Of a DNA stretch of 64,000 nt, positions 61,312-64,000 are shown piece by piece. The DNA comes from a virus. Below the pieces are notes generated by a model, which was not told the DNA's origin, ran no database searches, and was given only the letters and a program-made list of their open reading frames with translations. The stretch's first letter is position 1. The number at the start of each line of letters is the position of its first letter. The position numbers and the translations under genes were made by a program. Location: positions 1-64,000 of IMG/VR virus record IMGVR_UViG_3300020160_000328; one strand, 5' to 3'.

Positions 61312-61426
61312 ATAGGGTAGTTATAGTAAACTTACTTCGTGAAATTGGTATACACATTTGTCTTAAGAACAAACTTTTGCTGGTTCAAGTCCAGCAGTAA
61401 TAAATGTTTACTAACTTTCTCCCTAT
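61312..61426 (+). ncRNA. Y-RNA-like element E1 with tRNA-Leu(TAA)-like cargo
   Basis: Stems ATAGGG/CCCTAT and TAGTAAAC/GTTTACTA; TTACTTC at 61332; D, anticodon (TAA) and T arms inside. Confidence 0.75.
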
Positions 61427-61430
61427 AAAT

Positions 61431-61503
61431 GGTCTATAGGTCAAATGGTTAAGATATCCCACTGTCTCTGGGTATGGAAAGGGTTCGACTCCCTTATAGA
61501 CTG
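61431..61503 (+). tRNA. tRNA-Asp(GTC)
   Basis: Cloverleaf; loop CTGTCTC; T-loop TTCGACT. Confidence 0.9.
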
Positions 61504-61505
61504 CA

Positions 61506-61627
61506 AATAAGAATAGTAATAATTAACTTACTTCGTGCTTTTTGGAAAGCATTTCACTTTTAATGAAACAATCAGGTTCAAATCCTGCGGGAGAGATCCC
61601 ACTAGTTAATTAAATTTCTTTCTTATT
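61506..61627 (+). ncRNA. Y-RNA-like element E2 with tRNA-Lys(TTT)-like arms
   Basis: Stems AATAAGAA/TTCTTATT and TAATTAAC/GTTAATTA; TTACTTC at 61528; arm TTTCA-CTTTTAA-TGAAA; T-arm CAGG-TTCAAAT-CCTG; extra GGGA/TCCC hairpin. Confidence 0.75.
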
Positions 61628-61631
61628 ATTT

Positions 61632-61703
61632 GCCAAATTAACACAATGGTAGTGTACTGCATTTGTAACGCAGAGGTTATAAGTTCGAATCTTATATTTG
61701 GCT
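61632..61703 (+). tRNA. tRNA-Thr(TGT)
   Basis: Acceptor GCCAAAT/ATTTGGC; loop TTTGTAA. Confidence 0.9.
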
Positions 61704-61733
61704 CAATGTGTTCATTGATTTATTGGTTATAAT

Positions 61734-61807
61734 AGCTCTATAGCTCATTAGGATAGAGCAACAGATTTCTAATCTGTGGGTGGTAGGTTCGAATCCTACT
61801 AGGGCTA
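61734..61807 (+). tRNA. tRNA-Arg(TCT)
   Basis: ACAGA-TTTCTAA-TCTGT; canonical D and T arms. Confidence 0.92.
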
Positions 61808-61811
61808 CTAC

Positions 61812-62028
61812 AAGAGTGGTAAAAAATAGGTTACTTCGCAAAAATTCTATGAGAGTTCTTCTCATAAAACTTGATACTAATGGTATCTTACTAAACACTA
61901 TGAAAATTAGACAGTTAAATGGGGTAAATTTAAACAAACGAAATTTAACAAACTTTTACTAATTTAGTTATAAATTGGAACCTTTATTGGAAGGATAAAC
62001 CAATAACCCTATTTTTAATTTCCCTCTT
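61812..62028 (+). ncRNA. Y-RNA-like element E3 with a long multi-hairpin cargo
   Basis: Stems AAGAG/CTCTT and AAAATAGG/CCTATTTT; TTACTTC at 61831; internal hairpins TATGAGA/TCTCATA, GATAC/GTATC, TTATTGG/CCAATAA. Confidence 0.7.
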
Positions 62029-62033
62029 TTTAA

Positions 62034-62119
62034 GGACTGATAGCCTAGAGGTCAGGCAGCAGACTGTTAATCTGCCCAAAGGAGCAATCCCTACATTGGT
62101 TCGAATCCAATTCAGTCTT
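62034..62119 (+). tRNA. tRNA-Asn(GTT) with a long variable arm
   Basis: GCAGA-CTGTTAA-TCTGC; variable arm GGA-GCAA-TCC. Confidence 0.85.
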
Positions 62120-62122
62120 CAA

Positions 62123-62189
62123 AGGAATAGTAATATAAGAGTTACTTCGTAAGCTATACAAAAAATAAACTCTTATAATTTTCTTTCCT
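62123..62189 (+). ncRNA. Y-RNA-like element E4 (minimal, A-rich loop)
   Basis: Stems AGGAA/TTCCT and TATAAGAG/CTCTTATA; TTACTTC at 62142. Confidence 0.72.
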
Positions 62190-62193
62190 AAAT

Positions 62194-62267
62194 GGTCTTT
62201 TAGCTCAATTGGTTAGAGCAGTCCCCTCATAAGGGAAAGGTTCCAGGTTCAAGTCCTGGGAGGACCA
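62194..62267 (+). tRNA. tRNA with CAT anticodon (Ile2 or elongator Met)
   Basis: Loop CTCATAA; canonical D arm GCTCAATTGGTTAGAGC. Confidence 0.88.
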
Positions 62268-62268
62268 C

Positions 62269-62340
62269 AAATAGTATACTAAAAACAGCACTACAACAGT
62301 AATTTATATAGAGTGTGATTGTTTACTGATGTACTATTTA
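62269..62340 (+). ncRNA. Irregular long hairpin between tRNAs (candidate ncRNA)
   Basis: Nested pairings AAATAGTATA/TGTACTATTT, AAACAG/TTGTTT and CACT/AGTG. Confidence 0.35.
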
Positions 62341-62343
62341 TTT

Positions 62344-62414
62344 ACCTTGTTTGCATAATGGAAGTGCCATTGTTTTACATGCAATAGGAGGTAGTTCGAT
62401 TCTACCACAAGGTA
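62344..62414 (+). tRNA. tRNA-Val(TAC)
   Basis: Acceptor ACCTTGT/ACAAGGT; loop TTTACAT. Confidence 0.85.
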
Positions 62415-62419
62415 CAAAC

Positions 62420-62490
62420 GCATCGTAGCTTATGGAAGCAACAGGTCTCCAAAACCTTGTATGGAGTAGGTTCGATTCCTACACTTTGTG
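62420..62490 (+). tRNA. tRNA-Trp(CCA), acceptor stem with mismatches
   Basis: AGGT-CTCCAAA-ACCT; T arm GTAGG-TTCGATT-CCTAC; acceptor GCATCGT/ACTTTGT. Confidence 0.7.
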
Positions 62491-62495
62491 CAAAA

Positions 62496-62568
62496 GGGTC
62501 TCTGGTGTAACTGGTGTGCACGCTAGTCTGAAGAACTAGAGGATAAGGTTCGAGTCCTCGGGCTTCCA
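62496..62568 (+). tRNA. tRNA-Phe(GAA), acceptor stem with mismatches
   Basis: CTAGT-CTGAAGA-ACTAG; acceptor GGGTCTC/GGCTTCC. Confidence 0.72.
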
Positions 62569-62584
62569 CAAATAAATTAAAGTT

Positions 62585-62746
62585 ATGGGTTACAAAGATG
62601 AAAATATAAAACACAGAGTAGGTGTATTAACACCTAAGAAAGGTTTTAAATGTCCTAAATGTGGGGATGATAAGATCTATACAAAAGCAAGCCTTGTTGT
62701 ATGTCCTTCTTGTAAGAAGATAGTTGAAGGTAAAGATTTAAAATAA
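62585..62746 (+). CDS. 53-aa zinc-ribbon protein
   Basis: MGYKDENIKHRVGVLTPKKGFKCPKCGDDKIYTKASLVVCPSCKKIVEGKDLK, two CxxC; not in the ORF track. Confidence 0.7.
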   Translation: MGYKDENIKHRVGVLTPKKGFKCPKCGDDKIYTKASLVVCPSCKKIVEGKDLK

Positions 62747-62753
62747 AATATAT

Positions 62754-62828
62754 TGTGGAGTGGACTGGAAGTGGTGCCAGCTCAGTCTCATAAGCTGAAT
62801 TATGTGAGTTCGAGTCTCACCTCCGCAA
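62754..62828 (+). tRNA. tRNA-Met(CAT)
   Basis: Acceptor TGTGGAG/CTCCGCA; TCAGT-CTCATAA-GCTGA. Confidence 0.8.
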
Positions 62829-62833
62829 CAAAG

Positions 62834-62974
62834 AAGAGTAGTAAAAAGAAAGTTACTTCTATGTGGCAGACGTAGTATAGGTTCAAATCCTGTCATACTC
62901 CCTAAAGTAATACAAATGGAGTATGTAGTGTAATTGGTTAGCACACGAAAATTACTTTCTTTATTTTCTCTCTT
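62834..62974 (+). ncRNA. Y-RNA-like element E5, YrlA-type, with a circularly permuted tRNA-His-like module
   Basis: Stems AAGAG/CTCTT and AAAGAAAG/CTTTCTTT; TTACTTC at 62853; order is GTG remnant, T-arm ATAGG-TTCAAAT-CCTGT, loop-closed acceptor CATACTCC/GGAGTATG, then D-arm TA-GTGTAATTGGTTAGCAC. Confidence 0.85.
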
Positions 62975-62979
62975 TAATT

Positions 62980-63050
62980 CTAGAAACGAAGCTAGGTTTC
63001 ATGCCACACTTGGACTGTGGAGTACGCAAGTTCGAATCTTGCTTTCTAGA
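62980..63050 (+). tRNA. tRNA-Pro(TGG), atypical D arm
   Basis: Acceptor CTAGAAA/TTTCTAG; CCACA-CTTGGAC-TGTGG. Confidence 0.8.
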
Positions 63051-63071
63051 CTAATTTAAAACTAAACTATC

Positions 63072-63263
63072 ATGTCAAAATCAGAAACATCAAGTAAAGG
63101 TATAGGTTTTGGAGGATTATTAACAGTACTATTTATTGGTTTGAAACTTACAAATCATATTGCATGGTCTTGGTGGTGGGTATTATCTCCACTATGGTTA
63201 CCTGCTGTAATAGTATTAGGAATAGTCTTAATTGCTTTAATTTTTAAAGCTGTATTAACTTAA
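63072..63263 (+). CDS. Small membrane protein
   Basis: LTVLFIGLKLT..IAWSWWWVLSPLW, a common small phage membrane-protein motif. Confidence 0.8.
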   Translation: MSKSETSSKGIGFGGLLTVLFIGLKLTNHIAWSWWWVLSPLWLPAVIVLGIVLIALIFKAVLT

Positions 63264-63268
63264 TACAT

Positions 63269-63339
63269 TCCCCTGAAGCTTTAAGGTGAAGCACATCACT
63301 TTTAATGATGGGAAGTTGGGTCAGTACCACCCAGGGGAA
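63269..63339 (+). tRNA. tRNA-Lys(TTT), non-canonical T loop
   Basis: Acceptor TCCCCTG/CAGGGGA; CATCA-CTTTTAA-TGATG; T loop GTCAGTA. Confidence 0.78.
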
Positions 63340-63344
63340 CAATT

Positions 63345-63427
63345 GCAAGAGTGGCTTAATAACGAACTGGTATAGTAAGTAGTTTTAGAAACTACTAGCT
63401 TTGTGGGTTCAACTCCCACCTCTTGTA
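63345..63427 (+). tRNA. tRNA-Leu(TAG), extended D region and short variable arm
   Basis: Acceptor GCAAGAG/CTCTTGT; GTAGT-TTTAGAA-ACTAC. Confidence 0.75.
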
Positions 63428-63434
63428 CAACAAT

Positions 63435-63520
63435 GCCTTCATGGTGGAATGGTAGACACGAGGGACTTAAAATCCCTTCCTCAGAAATGGGGGGTGCAAG
63501 TTCGAGTCTTGCTGGAGGTA
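63435..63520 (+). tRNA. tRNA-Leu(TAA)
   Basis: AGGGA-CTTAAAA-TCCCT; long variable arm. Confidence 0.92.
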
Positions 63521-63649
63521 CAAGTATTGCAAAGATACTGATTAAAAACCTGTTCCCTGTCCTCATAACAGCTATAAGGCAGCTAGGAGTTGAATGTACA
63601 TTCGGGGTTATAAAAAGTACAAGGGTAAGTTAGGGTTCTTACCAAATTT

Positions 63650-63735
63650 GGAGAGGTGTCAGAGATGGATTATTGTATCACTCTTGAAAAGTGATGGGTG
63701 TAACAGCCCCCTGGGTTCGAATCCCAGTCTCTCCT
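63650..63735 (+). tRNA. tRNA-Ser(TGA)
   Basis: Acceptor GGAGAGG/TCTCTCC; TCACT-CTTGAAA-AGTGA; long variable arm. Confidence 0.9.
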
Positions 63736-63900
63736 CAACATCCTGTACCCTTGAATCTTTGCTTTATATGTGGATAAAGCTCCCTGTATAAACATAAAAA
63801 GAGTAAACTCGTGAGCAAGTAATATTGTGGCAAACAGGATTAACTTGTGGCAAGCAGGTACTGGACCTGAAATAAAAGGGTAATAGAATAAGGTCCAAAT

Positions 63901-63985
63901 AGAGAGGTGGCAGAGTGGTTTATTGCACAGTCCTGCTAAGACTGCGGGTGTAAAAGCTCCAAGAGTTCGAATCTCTTATTCTGCA
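63901..63985 (+). tRNA. tRNA-Ser(GCT), poorly paired acceptor stem
   Basis: CAGTC-CTGCTAA-GACTG with good D, variable and T arms; acceptor AGAGAGG/ATTCTGC has 3 mismatches. Confidence 0.65.
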
Positions 63986-64000
63986 CATTTTTGCTGCGTT

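Noticed and set aside
61330-61403. E1 as an ordinary tRNA-Leu(TAA)
   Set aside because: Only 5 acceptor pairs form, it is embedded in the shared scaffold, and a canonical Leu(TAA) exists at 63435
61312-62974. TTACTTC elements as a CRISPR array or simple repeat
   Set aside because: Conservation is structural (covarying stems), spacing is irregular, and no cas genes are present
61734-63427. Amber suppressor tRNA (TTTCTAA loop at 61734; TTTAGAA loop at 63345)
   Set aside because: The centred anticodons are TCT (Arg) and TAG (Leu), not CTA; no suppressor is visible in this window
61692-63791. ORF-track ORFs overlapping tRNAs and Y-like elements (61692, 61780, 62402, 62738, 63321, 63403, 63594)
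   Set aside because: They translate tRNA sequence or its reverse complement (e.g. GFEP, GSNP) and are better explained as RNA genes

Overview
AT-rich, gene-dense segment of a large crAss-like (Crassvirales-type) podophage. The host is most likely Bacteroidota/Flavobacteriia, since several TTG-N20-TAnnTTTG and TAnnTTTG host-type promoters are present. Positions 1-50.6 kb (minus strand) are the virion/late module: TerL, portal, scaffold, MCP, ring/tail proteins, a muzzle-like stabilisation protein, cargo proteins, and a 4879-aa virion RNA polymerase polyprotein with a C-terminal Dda/RecD2-like helicase. Positions 50.7-64 kb (plus strand) hold early/accessory genes, including a MoxR-type AAA+ ATPase, a vWA-like partner and a TROVE/Ro60 protein, followed by a tmRNA and a tRNA cluster. 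Main finding: five ncRNA elements are interleaved with the tRNAs, starting about 1.6 kb downstream of the Ro60 gene. They share a covarying scaffold (outer stem, TRGTWA/ANTTTCY internal loop, 8-bp stem, invariant TTACTTC) but carry different cargo: a permuted tRNA-His-like module (YrlA-like), unpermuted Leu- and Lys-like tRNA arms, a multi-hairpin insert and a near-empty insert. This is a candidate phage-encoded modular Ro60/Y-RNA system. Also noted: a tmRNA with a ~36-aa tag, one in-frame TAG splitting a cargo gene, an Acb2/Tad1-like protein and repeated candidate early promoters. All calls come from reading motifs by eye; no searches were run.
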